Assembly: GCA_965198065.1 (NCBI GenBank)
Contig: CBDAON010000004.1
Span: 256,001-320,000 of the forward strand
DNA from: Longimicrobiales bacterium
Lineage (GTDB): Bacteria; Gemmatimonadota; Gemmatimonadetes; Longimicrobiales; Gaopeijiaceae
DNA length: 64,000 bases
Direction of reading: 5' to 3'
Below the pieces are notes generated by a model. It saw nothing but the letters and a program-made list of their open reading frames with translations, was not told where the DNA came from and searched no databases. Below, piece by piece: positions 10,471-21,185 of the stretch. The position numbers and the translations under genes were made by a program. Numbering within the stretch: position 1 is the stretch's first letter; each line of letters opens with the position of its first letter.

Positions 10471-12360
10471 TCAGTCCCACAGCGTCCATCGAATTCCGTA
10501 GAGGGCCCGGGTCGGGGGAAGGATGCGACCCGGGTAGTCCTGATTGCGCTCGCGCACCGTGAAATTCTCCCAGAGCACGAACACTCGGACCGATACGACG
10601 CGGACCTGGACCCGGGCGAACCAGCTCTGCTGGAACGGAACGGACACCGGTGCCGGCGAACCGGTCGTCCCCGGCAAGGGAACCTGCATGGGATCGCGCC
10701 CTCTCACCGCCACGTCCGACCAGACCTCGAGGTTCCCCGTCTCCAGGAAGACGTCGTGGAAGCGAAGTCCGAGCTGATAGATCCGCTTGGGGAGGTACCG
10801 CCACTCGGCGGCGGCGTCCCAGCGCTGCGCGCTTCCCTGGAGCTCCAGGCCGTCCAGGATCGCGCTTAGTGGAACGCGGGCCGTCGCCTCGAGCCCCCAT
10901 CTCCGGCCTCCCGCGAGGACGATCCCGCCGCTGTCGAAAGGAAGGCCTATAGGGTGCAGCGAATCCGCCTGTGTCCGGACGGCGGCCACGCCCAGCTCCC
11001 AGTCCGCGGCCCGAAGATGAGCACCCACGCGGTAGCCGGTGCGATCCGTGACCGAGGGAGGAGCCGTCGGGGGATCGGGATCCTCGGAACCGTCCGGCTC
11101 CGCCTCCGGCGGGACGAAGGCGACGGGCACGTGGCGCCGGCCGGCGTCCACCTCCCCGAAGATCGAGACCCCGAGTACGCGCTCGGTCCACACTCGCGCG
11201 TGAGCGCGGGACAGTGTCACGCCCGCGCGCGTCTCCCGCTCGACGAAACCGGACGCGCCGCCGATCCCGGGCCACTCGGCACCGCCCGCGAGTGACTGCG
11301 CTGAGGAGGCCGTCTCCCGTCCCCACCCCCTTCGAAGCTCGATCCGCGCCCAGAGGCTCCGCCAGGCACCCGAAACCTGGACCCCAGCGGCCGTCTTGCG
11401 CTCCTCGTCCACCGGCAATGCCTCCAGAAGGCCGGTCATGACCCCGCCCTCCTCCTCGACCCGGAGCGAGGAACGCTGAACGAAGACCCCCGCCAAGATC
11501 CACGGCGCCGGGGCATAACGGCCGTGGAGCGCCAGCTCCCGTCGGTCCACCCGGGCCGGGGCCCACAGGTCGGAAGGACGGCTCGAGGCCCGCTGGCGCA
11601 GCTCCCAGGCGAGTCCCGCCCGCGCGCCGGCGAAGAGCGTGTGGCGAAGATGGGCGCCGAACGAAACCCCGGGCTCCTTGCCGAACGGACCCTCCGTGTC
11701 AATTCGATCGAGCGAGACCGTGAGGCCGCTCCCCAGGAGGAACGGATGGGCGAACGTTCCCCGGAAGAGGTTCGTGTTCAGGTCCCCGGTCCCGACCTCG
11801 ATGAGGCTGAGCGGTCTGGCGTCCGAGAACCGCAGGGGGAAGAGCTCGACGCGAAGCTCGCCGGGACGGCGCTCGACGCGAACGGTACCGATCCCGCCGA
11901 GCCCGACCCTGGACAAATCCACGGCTCCGCCGTCCACGGGCGGCATCTCGACCCCGTCCAGGAAGACTCGTACCCGACCACCCCCCAGCCCGAACGCGGT
12001 GACCGTGGACGGCTGCCCGTAGTCCCCCCCGCGGAGCGGCACGACGCCCGGTATCTCCTCCAGGAGCTCGAGGAGGGTGAGGGCACGCGCGGAGAGGAGA
12101 CCCTCCTCGTTCCACTCCCAGACACCGGTCACGAAACCCGGTGACGGCGGGCGAGGGTGCTCCATGAGATTCCGCACCTCGCGCGGCGCCGCCGGCAGCG
12201 TGTCCGCCGTCAGCAGCGTGTCTATGGGCGGGAGAGTCGGCGGCACGTCCTGCGCTCCGAGCGCCGATGCCCCTAGCATCCCGCCACCGGCCAGGAGCTG
12301 CGCAAGGAGGAGCCACCCCGCTGCGGCCCGGGCGACGCCAGCCCCCACCGAGAACCTCAC
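10471..12360 (-). CDS. outer-membrane beta-barrel protein with TonB-receptor-like plug domain
   Basis: Signal peptide; plug-like LLEEIPGV...RVFLDG; alternating beta strands; C-terminal YGIRWTLWD. Confidence 0.65.
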   Translation of the reverse strand: MRFSVGAGVARAAAGWLLLAQLLAGGGMLGASALGAQDVPPTLPPIDTLLTADTLPAAPREVRNLMEHPRPPSPGFVTGVWEWNEEGLLSARALTLLELLEEIPGVVPLRGGDYGQPSTVTAFGLGGGRVRVFLDGVEMPPVDGGAVDLSRVGLGGIGTVRVERRPGELRVELFPLRFSDARPLSLIEVGTGDLNTNLFRGTFAHPFLLGSGLTVSLDRIDTEGPFGKEPGVSFGAHLRHTLFAGARAGLAWELRQRASSRPSDLWAPARVDRRELALHGRYAPAPWILAGVFVQRSSLRVEEEGGVMTGLLEALPVDEERKTAAGVQVSGAWRSLWARIELRRGWGRETASSAQSLAGGAEWPGIGGASGFVERETRAGVTLSRAHARVWTERVLGVSIFGEVDAGRRHVPVAFVPPEAEPDGSEDPDPPTAPPSVTDRTGYRVGAHLRAADWELGVAAVRTQADSLHPIGLPFDSGGIVLAGGRRWGLEATARVPLSAILDGLELQGSAQRWDAAAEWRYLPKRIYQLGLRFHDVFLETGNLEVWSDVAVRGRDPMQVPLPGTTGSPAPVSVPFQQSWFARVQVRVVSVRVFVLWENFTVRERNQDYPGRILPPTRALYGIRWTLWD

Positions 12361-13877
12361 TCCGCGTGGCCCTTGACCCACTCTAGGAGGAGACGCGTCG
12401 GAAAGCCGAATCCTCCCTCTCGGTGGTAAGGAGCCCGAGGCTCTCCGTAGGCCGTCCCGGCGATGTCGAGATGGGCCCAGCGAGTCTTCCCGACGAACTC
12501 CGAGAGGAAGCATGCGGCGGTTATCGTCCCACCCGGCCTCCCGCCGACGTTCTTCAGATCCGCCACCGGGCTCTCGAGCTGCTTTCGGTACTCCTTCCAC
12601 AGAGGGAGGGGCCAGCAACGCTCTCCAGCGCGGTCGCCAGCCTCCCTGAGCTCGCCCACCAGAGCTTCGTCGGTCCCCAGCACAGCCGCCGCATGGTGCC
12701 CGAGGGCCACGACGCAGGCCCCCGTGAGTGTCGCGCAGTCGATCAGGGCCCTCGGCGCATAGTGGTCCACGGCATAGGAGAGCGCGTCGGCGAGAATCAG
12801 CCGCCCCTCCGCATCGGTGTTGACGACCTCGACCGTCTTTCCCGCCCGAGTGCGGATCACGTCCCCCGGTTTCATCGCCCGGCCGGAAAGGAGGTTCTCG
12901 GACGAGGGCACGATCCCCACCACGTTCAGCGCCAATTCGAGCGCTCCGATCGCCTTCATGGCCCCCAGCACCGCCGCGCCTCCCGACATGTCGTACTTCA
13001 TGTCCTCCATACCCTGGGCCGGCTTGATCGAGATCCCTCCGGCGTCGAACGTCAGGCCCTTGCCGACCAGCACCAGTGGCGGATCCTCCGACGCGCCCCC
13101 GCCGTGCTCGAGCACGATCAGGTACGGCTCCTCTTCCGACCCCGTAGACACGGCTAGAAGGGCCTCCATCCCCTCGGCACGGATCTCCCTCCGACCCAGG
13201 ATCGTGGACGCGAAGCCGTGCTGCTCGGCGAGGTCTCCGGCCACCGACGCGAGGTGAGAGGGGGTGGCCACGTTTCCCGGTCTCCACTGGAGGGTGCGAG
13301 CGAGGTTCTCGCCCTCGGCAAACGCTACTCCGGTGCGGAGTCCCGCTTCCGCATCGGTTGTGGTTCCCGACGAGCAGAGGAGGACATCCTCGACGAGTGG
13401 TTTCAGCTCGGCCGCGGAGGCGCGGGCCGACTCGGCTTCGCTCCGCAGCTCGCGGAAATCCCACGCCGCGAGAAGGGCGCCCTCGGTCGCCGCCTGTACC
13501 GTCCGCCCGCCCCCTCCCGGCCACTCCTCCGGCACGTGAACTGCGACTTCGGTAACGGACAGGGACTCGGCCCTTCGCACCGCCCGGGCGGCGAATCTCC
13601 TCAGCGTCTCCGTGTCCGCCTCGGCCCGCTGGCCCGCCCCCACGAAGAGGATCCTGCGAGGGCCGGGCGTTCCTCCCTCGGGAAGGTAGAAGAGCGCAGA
13701 CTCGTCCTCCCTGCCCCGGAAGTCACCGGCGGCGCGCGAACACGCAAACGCGCCGCCCACCCGCTCTGCGGCCGCTCGGGCAGCCGAGAAGAGGGGATCC
13801 CCGTCCTGGAAGACCGGGAGGGCCAGTAGCGGCGTGTCGCAGCCGAGCGGGTCGTCTCGAAAGAGCCGGGCGGACAT
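12357..13877 (-). CDS. pepA: leucyl aminopeptidase (M17)
   Basis: GKGLTFDAGG, MKYDMSG and NTDAEGRL motifs. Confidence 0.96.
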   Translation of the reverse strand: MSARLFRDDPLGCDTPLLALPVFQDGDPLFSAARAAAERVGGAFACSRAAGDFRGREDESALFYLPEGGTPGPRRILFVGAGQRAEADTETLRRFAARAVRRAESLSVTEVAVHVPEEWPGGGGRTVQAATEGALLAAWDFRELRSEAESARASAAELKPLVEDVLLCSSGTTTDAEAGLRTGVAFAEGENLARTLQWRPGNVATPSHLASVAGDLAEQHGFASTILGRREIRAEGMEALLAVSTGSEEEPYLIVLEHGGGASEDPPLVLVGKGLTFDAGGISIKPAQGMEDMKYDMSGGAAVLGAMKAIGALELALNVVGIVPSSENLLSGRAMKPGDVIRTRAGKTVEVVNTDAEGRLILADALSYAVDHYAPRALIDCATLTGACVVALGHHAAAVLGTDEALVGELREAGDRAGERCWPLPLWKEYRKQLESPVADLKNVGGRPGGTITAACFLSEFVGKTRWAHLDIAGTAYGEPRAPYHREGGFGFPTRLLLEWVKGHAE

Positions 13878-13906
13878 TCGCTGGTCGCTGGAGGAGGTGG
13901 GGTGCC

Positions 13907-15142
13907 TCACATGTGCCGAACGATCTCTTCCCCGAACTTGAAGGTGCCGACCATGGTGGCTCCCTCCATCTGGCGCTCGAGGTCGTACGTGACGGTCTTC
14001 GCCCGTACGGCCCCCTCAAGACCCCTGTTGATCGCCCGCGCCGCCTCGTCCCAGCCGAGGTGCTCGAGCATCATGACCGCCGACAGGATCAGGGATCCCG
14101 GGTTCACCTTGTCCTGTCCCGCGTATTTCGGCGCCGTGCCGTGGGTCGCCTCGAATATGGCCACCTCATCCCCGATGTTGGCCCCGGGAGCCATCCCGAG
14201 GCCCCCGACCTGGGCCGCGCACGCGTCCGACAGGTAATCCCCGTTCAGGTTCGGCGTGACCAGAACCTCGTATTCGTCGGGACGGAGGAGAACCTGCTGG
14301 AACATAGCATCCGCGATCCGGTCCCCGATGACGACTCGCCCGTCGGGGTCCTCCCCCTCCCACACACGTGACTCCGGAATGGTCCGATCCGCGAACTTCT
14401 CCCGCGCGACCTCGTATCCCCAGTCGCAGAAGGCGCCCTCGGTGAACTTCATGATGTTGCCCTTGTGGACGAGCGTGACGCGCGTGCGCCCGCGGTCCAG
14501 GGCGTAGCGGATCGCCGCCGCGACGTGCCGCTTGGTTCCAAAGGGCGAGATCGGCTTGATCCCGATCCCGCTTTCCTCCCGTACCTGCGCCCCCATCTCC
14601 TCGACCAGGAACCGGCGCACCCGCTCGGCTTCCCGCGTCCCCGAGGCCCATTCGATCCCCGCGTACACGTCCTCCGTGTTCTCGCGGTAGATCACTACGT
14701 CCAGACGTCCGGGGTCTCTCACCGGGGAGGGCACGCCCTCGATCCAGCGAACCGGACGGGCGCAGGAGTAAAGGTCCAGAACATTCCGGATCGTGACGTT
14801 CAGGGAGCGGATCCCGCCCCCGACCGGAGTCGTGAGCGGACCCTTGAGCGCCACCTTGAACTCCCGTAGCGCCCGGAGCGTCTCCTCGGGGAGCCACTCC
14901 CCGCACTCGTGATGGGCCTTCTCTCCCGCGAGGACCTCCATCCAGCTGATGGCCCGCTTTCCGTTGTACGCCTTCTGCACCGCGGAATCCACCACGTGCC
15001 GGGTGGCTCTCCAGATGTCGGGCCCGATCCCATCCCCTTCCACGAACGGGATGATCGGTACGTCGGGGACCTCGATGACCCCCTCCACGTAGGTGACCGG
15101 GTTCCCCGTCGCCGGGATGCGGGCGTACTGGTAGTCGCTCAT
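13907..15142 (-). CDS. icd: NADP-dependent isocitrate dehydrogenase
   Basis: [30 protein letters not shown] and [10 protein letters not shown] motifs. Confidence 0.97.
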   Translation of the reverse strand: MSDYQYARIPATGNPVTYVEGVIEVPDVPIIPFVEGDGIGPDIWRATRHVVDSAVQKAYNGKRAISWMEVLAGEKAHHECGEWLPEETLRALREFKVALKGPLTTPVGGGIRSLNVTIRNVLDLYSCARPVRWIEGVPSPVRDPGRLDVVIYRENTEDVYAGIEWASGTREAERVRRFLVEEMGAQVREESGIGIKPISPFGTKRHVAAAIRYALDRGRTRVTLVHKGNIMKFTEGAFCDWGYEVAREKFADRTIPESRVWEGEDPDGRVVIGDRIADAMFQQVLLRPDEYEVLVTPNLNGDYLSDACAAQVGGLGMAPGANIGDEVAIFEATHGTAPKYAGQDKVNPGSLILSAVMMLEHLGWDEAARAINRGLEGAVRAKTVTYDLERQMEGATMVGTFKFGEEIVRHM

Positions 15143-15412
15143 CCTGACCGTGGTCGTGTAGGTTCACTTAGAGGAGGAGGCAGGAGAACGGCCGGGGTCG
15201 GAGAAAGCCATCGAACTTATCCTCGCGCGGACCGGAGGGGCAAGGAACAGCCGTCGGCAAGCGTAATGGCTCATCCGTGACGGCGGAAGGCACCCCCGAG
15301 GCCGCTCCGGGTAGGCTCCCCGCACTCGCAGATGGCCGGGTTTTCGCGGAGCGCTCGGGCCAGCCGACTTCCTTCCGACGCCGGTCGCCGGCGTGAGTTT
15401 GGAGACCCCACG

Positions 15413-16138
15413 ATGCCCTCCCCTTCCCCGACCCGGGTCGCCCTCGTCGCCGGAGGCGCCGGTAACCTGGGGCGCGCGGTCGTTCGGCGCCTTCTTCGCG
15501 ACGGAGCGGAGGTCTACGTGCCCGTTTTCGACGAGCGCGAGGCGGCGCGTCTTCGGAGCGCTCTGGAAGGCGAGGCCGACCGCGTGGTAATCGTGCCCGA
15601 GGCGGACCTGACTGCCCCCCACCACGTGGACCGCGTGATCCAGGCGGTCCGAAGCGGCGGGGGGCGCGGACCGGACATCCTCTTGAACCTCGCGGGCGGG
15701 TTTGCAATGAGCCCGATCCACGAAACCGATCCTGAGGTCTGGGACCGCATGTGGAGGATGAACGCCACCACTGCCTTCCTCTGCTCCCGTGCCGTCTTCC
15801 CGGAAATGATCGAGCGACGGTGGGGCCGCATCGTGAACGTCTCCGCATTCCCGGCCCTGGAGCGCGGAAAAGCCAGCCTGTCGGCCTACGGCGCGGCAAA
15901 GGCAGCGGTCCTGAACCTCGCGCACACGCTGGCCCGGGAAGGGGCGCCGTACGGAATCACGGCGAACGCCGTCCTCCCCTCGATCATCGACACTCCGGAT
16001 AACCGCAGGGCCATGCCGGACGTCGACACCTCCACCTGGCTCCCCGTGAACGAGATTGCCGAGGTCCTCGCGTTCCTTGCCTCGGACAGCGCGCGCATCG
16101 TGAACGGAGCCGCCATCCCGCTGACCCTATCGGGGTGA
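15413..16138 (+). CDS. short-chain dehydrogenase/reductase
   Basis: GGAGNLG, NLAG, NVS and YGAAK motifs. Confidence 0.92.
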   Translation: MPSPSPTRVALVAGGAGNLGRAVVRRLLRDGAEVYVPVFDEREAARLRSALEGEADRVVIVPEADLTAPHHVDRVIQAVRSGGGRGPDILLNLAGGFAMSPIHETDPEVWDRMWRMNATTAFLCSRAVFPEMIERRWGRIVNVSAFPALERGKASLSAYGAAKAAVLNLAHTLAREGAPYGITANAVLPSIIDTPDNRRAMPDVDTSTWLPVNEIAEVLAFLASDSARIVNGAAIPLTLSG

Positions 16139-16166
16139 AGCGCCTTGACCCACCGTGGGAAACTGA

Positions 16167-16181
16167 TGAGGTTGGTTCTCA
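16167..16181 (+). promoter_or_regulatory. candidate Fur-family operator
   Basis: TGAG-N7-CTCA pseudo-palindrome in an AT-richer patch about 30 bp upstream of an Fe3+-binding protein gene. Confidence 0.45.
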
Positions 16182-16213
16182 ATCTCATGTCTCTCGCCAG
16201 GAGCACCGTCCCA

Positions 16214-17275
16214 ATGGCAATCCCCGGCCCGGTCACACGATCGCCTTCGCTCGCCGCCTTTCCGGCTACCTTCGCTTTGGCGGCCGCCTTCGCCCTTCTC
16301 CAGGGGTGCGAGGCCGAGCCCGCCGAGGTCGTGAACGTTTACAGCCACCGGCACTACGAGACGGACCAGCGGCTCTTCGAGCGATTCACCGAGTTCACCG
16401 GTATCCAAGTTCGAGTGGTGACCGCATCGGCGGACGACCTCATCACGCGCCTTGAGACCGAGGGGGAGGCGTCGCCCGCCGACGTGCTCATCACGGTCGA
16501 TGCGGGGCGCCTGCACCGCGCCAAGGAGCGAGGGCTTCTCCGCCCCACTCGATCGCAGGTGCTCGAGAGCGTCATTCCGGCTCATCTGCGCGACCCCGAA
16601 GGGTACTGGTTTGGCCTCACGGTGCGCGCGCGGGTCCTGGCGTATTCTCGTGAGCGTGTGGATCCCTCCGAGCTCTCGACGTACGAGGCGCTCGCGGATC
16701 CCATCTGGCGAGGGCGTGTGCTCAGCCGAAGCTCGGAAAACGTCTACAACATCTCTCTCCTCGCCTCGCTCATTGCCGCGAACGGAGCCGAGGCGGCCGA
16801 GGCTTGGGCGCGGGCGGTCGTCGAGAACTTCGGCCGCGCCCCGCAGGGAGGCGATCGCGACCAGGTTCTGGACGTCGCCGCGGGCGTCGGCGACATCGCG
16901 ATCGTGAACACCTACTACGTGGGTCAGCTCCTGAACGACCCGGATCCGGCCGTCCGAGAGCTGGCATCTCAGGTCGGTGTCTTCTTCCCGAATCAAGGGG
17001 GCCGGGGCGCACACGCAAACGTGAGCGGAGCAGGCGTGACGGCGCACGCGCCGAACCCCGTGAACGCGACCCGGCTGATCGAGTTCCTCGTGAGCGAGGA
17101 GGCCCAGCGGTCGTTCGCGGAGACGGTGTACGAGTATCCCATACGCGAGGGGGTCCCGACCGCGGCCACGCTCGAGGCGTGGGGAGACTTTCGTAGAGAC
17201 GGCCTGGGCCTCGAGCGGCTAGGGGAGCTGGGGAGCCAGGCCGTCGAGATCTTCGACCGCGCCGGATGGCGGTAG
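16214..17275 (+). CDS. Fe3+ ABC transporter substrate-binding lipoprotein (FutA/FbpA-like)
   Basis: Lipobox-like LQGC; VYSHRHY, SPAD, VNTYY and YEYP motifs; start codon uncertain. Confidence 0.9.
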   Translation: MAIPGPVTRSPSLAAFPATFALAAAFALLQGCEAEPAEVVNVYSHRHYETDQRLFERFTEFTGIQVRVVTASADDLITRLETEGEASPADVLITVDAGRLHRAKERGLLRPTRSQVLESVIPAHLRDPEGYWFGLTVRARVLAYSRERVDPSELSTYEALADPIWRGRVLSRSSENVYNISLLASLIAANGAEAAEAWARAVVENFGRAPQGGDRDQVLDVAAGVGDIAIVNTYYVGQLLNDPDPAVRELASQVGVFFPNQGGRGAHANVSGAGVTAHAPNPVNATRLIEFLVSEEAQRSFAETVYEYPIREGVPTAATLEAWGDFRRDGLGLERLGELGSQAVEIFDRAGWR

Positions 17276-18966
17276 ACGACCGGCGGTCCGGGCCCCGGGT
17301 CCGGGCCACGCGGCCGTGGGCGCGCCCGCGTGCCCGCGCCTCCTCCATCCTCACACCATGGACCGTCGCGACGGCCGCCCTGGTCGCCATGGTCCTGCTT
17401 CCCCTGTTCGCGATCTTCGCCGGCGTCTTCGGGGGGCCGAGCGACACCTGGGGCCACCTCGCCTCCACCGTCCTTCCGGACTACCTGGTCCACTCCGCGC
17501 TCCTCGTCGTGGGGGTGGGGGCCCTGACGCTCGCGATCGGTGTGGCCACCGCGTGGCTGGTCACGACGTGCGAGTTCCCGGGACGGTCCTGGCTGGAGTG
17601 GGCCCTCGTGCTCCCTCTCTCGGTGCCGACCTACATCATCGCGTACGTGTACGTCGCGCTCCTCGCGCATACGGGGCCGGTTCAGCGAGCGCTCCAGCTA
17701 TTCCTCGAGCCGGCGACCACGGCGGCCCTTCGCACGTCGCTCATGTCGCTCCCCGGCGCCGGGGTCCTCATGGCTCTCGTGCTCTATCCGTACGTCTATC
17801 TGATCACGCGCGCCTCGTTCAGCGAGCAGTCCGGAGGGATCCTCGAGAGCGCGAGGATCCTCGGCAAATCTCCGTGGCAGACGTTCGCGGGCGTCGCGCT
17901 CCCGCTGTCGCGCCCCGCCGTGGTCGCCGGGGTCACCCTCGTCCTGATGGAGGTGCTGAACGAGTACGGAGCCGTCCGCTACTTCGGGGTGCCTACGTTC
18001 ACGACCGGGATCTTCCGCTCTTGGTTCGCCCTCGGAGACCCCAGCGCGGCGTTCCGCCTCTCCGGATGCCTTCTCCTGTTCGTGTTCGTCGTGATCCTCC
18101 TCGAGCGGGCGCAGCGGGGCCGGGCCCGATTCGACGACCTGACCGGAAGGGCGCGGCCCGTGGCGCGCTACGACCTGAGCGGGTGGAAACGGTGGGGCGC
18201 GCTTGCAGCGTGTCTCGCTCCGGTGGTGTTCGGCTTCCTGGTGCCGGTGTGGCAGCTCCTCATGTGGGCCGTTCAGGTCGCGCCCGAAGCCCTCGATGCA
18301 CGGTTCGGCCGGCTGGCGGTGAACTCGTTCGGGCTTGGGCTAGGGGGAGCGGCCGCGACGGTCACCGCGGCCCTCCTCATCGCTTACTCGGTACGCCTCG
18401 CTCCTACCCGAACCCTCCAGCTGCTCCAGAGAGCCGCCTCGCTGGGCTACTCGATCCCCGGCGCCGTGATTGCCGTGGGGATTCTGGTCCCGTTTGTCTG
18501 GATGGACCGGCAGATCGCGTCCGTGGTCCGGGCCACCGCAGGCACCTCCGTGGGGCTCGTCCTCACGGGAACGGTCGTGGCGCTCGTCTTCGCCTACGTC
18601 GTGCGATTCCTCGCGGTCGCCCTGAACCCCATCGACTCCGGCTTCGAACGGACGTGCAAGGACCTGGACGAGAGCGCGCGCTCGTTGGGCTCCCCACCCC
18701 TGAAGACGCTCCTCAAAGTGGACGTCCCCCTCCTCAAGGGGACGCTCGCATCGGCCGCCCTGCTCGTATTCGTGGACGTTCTGAAGGAGCTTCCGTTGAC
18801 CCTGATCCTTAGGCCCTTCGACTTCGACACGCTTGCCACCCGCGCCTTTCAGTTGGCAATGGACGAGCAGGTGGCCCGCTCCTCGCTGCCGGCCCTCCTC
18901 ATCATCGCCACCGGCGTGATTCCGGTCCTCTTGCTCTCGCGGATCACCCGGCGAGGCCGAAGCTGA
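17266..18966 (+). CDS. Fe3+ ABC transporter permease (FutB-like)
   Basis: Two EAA-like motifs; LYPYVY and KELPLTLILRPFDFDTLA; many TM helices. Confidence 0.92.
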   Translation: MAVDDRRSGPRVRATRPWARPRARASSILTPWTVATAALVAMVLLPLFAIFAGVFGGPSDTWGHLASTVLPDYLVHSALLVVGVGALTLAIGVATAWLVTTCEFPGRSWLEWALVLPLSVPTYIIAYVYVALLAHTGPVQRALQLFLEPATTAALRTSLMSLPGAGVLMALVLYPYVYLITRASFSEQSGGILESARILGKSPWQTFAGVALPLSRPAVVAGVTLVLMEVLNEYGAVRYFGVPTFTTGIFRSWFALGDPSAAFRLSGCLLLFVFVVILLERAQRGRARFDDLTGRARPVARYDLSGWKRWGALAACLAPVVFGFLVPVWQLLMWAVQVAPEALDARFGRLAVNSFGLGLGGAAATVTAALLIAYSVRLAPTRTLQLLQRAASLGYSIPGAVIAVGILVPFVWMDRQIASVVRATAGTSVGLVLTGTVVALVFAYVVRFLAVALNPIDSGFERTCKDLDESARSLGSPPLKTLLKVDVPLLKGTLASAALLVFVDVLKELPLTLILRPFDFDTLATRAFQLAMDEQVARSSLPALLIIATGVIPVLLLSRITRRGRS

Positions 18967-19076
18967 CCGGTCCGGCGGAGGCGGGCCCGGGGGACCTAGC
19001 AGGCGGCACGGGGCCATCTCCGTCGTTAGCGCTCCCGTAGCGCTCGTAACGCGGCCCGCCCCCCTTCAGCGACCTG

Positions 19077-21059
19077 CTAGTGCGCGATGCTTCCTCCGCC
19101 CACCCCAACCGAGCCCTCGGGCGGCAGATCTGGAGGTCCGGGATCGGGATCACGACCGGCGCGGCGGCGATGGCCGAGCGCTTCGCGCACGCGAGCCAGC
19201 ACGTCGGCAGGCTCGAAGGGTCGGGTGAGCACAGGCTCTCCCTCTGGGGTCCGCGCCGGAGACCCCGACGGAGCGTGTCGGTCCAGAACGATGAGCCGGA
19301 GCCCCGGCACCTCCCGCCGCCAGCGCGTCACCGCATCGACCCCGGACCGGCCCCCGGCCAGCGTGCGCTCCGCGACCACCAGATCCACGTCGTGGTCCAA
19401 CCGGTGCCAGCGGCGCTCCGCCTCCATGGGCGCGGCCGCCACCTCGACCAGGTAGCCGCTCCTGGAGAGCGTGCTTTCGAGCAGCCGAGCTAGCAGGGGC
19501 TCGTCCTCGAGGACGAGGATCCGGGCCGGGGCGGCTGCTGCCTCCAGATCCCGTTCGGCCTCCTGGGCCACCGGCGCTCGCCCAGCGTCCGCGGATATCG
19601 GAGGAACAGTGAGCGGAAGGACGATCTCGACGGTGGTTCCCTCGCCGACCGCGGAGCTCACCTCCACCCAACCACCGTAGCCCTCGACTACCGCCTGGAC
19701 GACAGAGAGGCCGATCCCCCTGGCGATCACCACGGCGGCTCGAGAAGAAGGGCTCGAAGAGCCACGGCAGATCCTCCGCGGGAACCCCCTCGCCCCGATC
19801 CTCCACCCGGATACGCGCCAGCCCCGGCTCCGAGGCCGGCTGGTCCCGCTCTGCCGCGGGAACGGGGCCCCAGGAGATGCGAGCGTCCGTCCCAGGCTCC
19901 GATGCCTCCCGCGCGTTCCGAACCAGATGGAGGAGCGCTCGCTCGAGCAGCCCGGGATCGACCTCGACCGGAAGCGACTCCGCGCTTGGCGCGACCCTGA
20001 GCCGGAGGCCGTCCCCCGCCTCCTTCGCGAGCGCGGGGACGAGCGCCGCGATCGTGCGATTCAGATCCACGGCCTCGCCCCTTGGAATCCCCTTCCTCAG
20101 GTGCGTCAGGAAGTCCCGGACACCTTCCTCCACACGAGTCCCGGCGTCGCGGGCCTCGCCGACGAGCGCGGCATCCTCCCCGCTGGTGGACAGCGACTCT
20201 TCCAAAAGCGCGAGGTATCCGCGCTGGATCTCCAGCACCGCCAGGAGCTCCTCGGCCCGCTCTCCGGCGAGGAGCGCGGCCCCCTCCAGGGGGGGAGCCT
20301 GCGCAGCAGCGTCTTCGATCTCGCCCGACCCTCGGGCGTGAGCGTCGGGGCCGACGCACCTCTCCGGCGCTCCCCCGCGGTGACTCGGGTGTCCGAGACC
20401 GGCGCCTCGGGGGCGAGGGGCGGCGGAGCGAGTCTCGCGGAAGAGTCGGAGAGGGCGCTGCGTACCTGGTGCGCGAGGGCGGCCGCGAGATCCCTCTCCT
20501 GCGCGGTCCAGCTCCTCGGGCTCCGCCCTTCCTCGAAGGTGACGAGGCCCGCGAGATCGCCCTCCTCCCTCACCGGGAGGACCAGCACAGAGCGGATACC
20601 TTCCGAGGCGGCCCACTCGTCCAGGACGGGCGCGGTACCGGTGGGGCGGTGGGTGTCATCTACCGCGACCGCCGTGACCCGATCGAGGGCGAGCCGGAAA
20701 CCGGCCGCGAGCTCCTGAGAAAACAGGCGATCTTCGAGGAGCGAACCCTCACCGCGGTCGAAACGCACCAGGCATCGCACGCCGCCGGTCCCGCTATCGA
20801 ACTGCCAGATCCCCACGCGAGAAACCCGGAGCGCCCGTGCGGCTTCCCGCGCCAGGTGACGGAGCAGGAGACTCGGATCCGCCCCCGCGATCGGCGAAGC
20901 CTTCGCGGCCGTTCCGATCCGCCTCGCGCCGGTCGGAGACCTCGCCGCGGCCCGCGGATCAGGGGACGGCCGCTCGAGGAGCCCCCCACCCCCCAGTCCC
21001 TCGACGAACACGGGAGCCGACGGAAATGTCCACCCGCCAGGGGCGAAGTGCGTGCTCAT
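19077..21059 (-). pseudogene. GAF + histidine kinase-like + receiver-like hybrid protein, split by two frameshifts
   Basis: GAF in frame 20106-21074; HATPase (LVRNAREA, EDRGEG, FEPFFS) in frame 19150-20616; G-box and REC in frame 19077-19733. Breaks at the G7 tract 20289-20295 and C5 tract 19716-19720. Confidence 0.75.
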
Positions 21060-21185
21060 CGGGAGTGGCTTCAACCCTCGTTCGGAATCCGGTTACCGTG
21101 CCAGCCCGATATTATCTGCTCGGGCCGGTGAACTGCAAGACTGGGGCCTTGACCAGGGCGGTTGCCCCCAGTCACAGTTCCGCTC

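Noticed and set aside
10471..13524. 1017-aa ORF
   Set aside because: The upstream part overlaps pepA out of frame; the real gene starts near 12360
15143..15412. Possible riboswitch or leader peptide between icd and the SDR gene
   Set aside because: No recognizable aptamer consensus; the short ORF MAFSDPG... has no supporting signal
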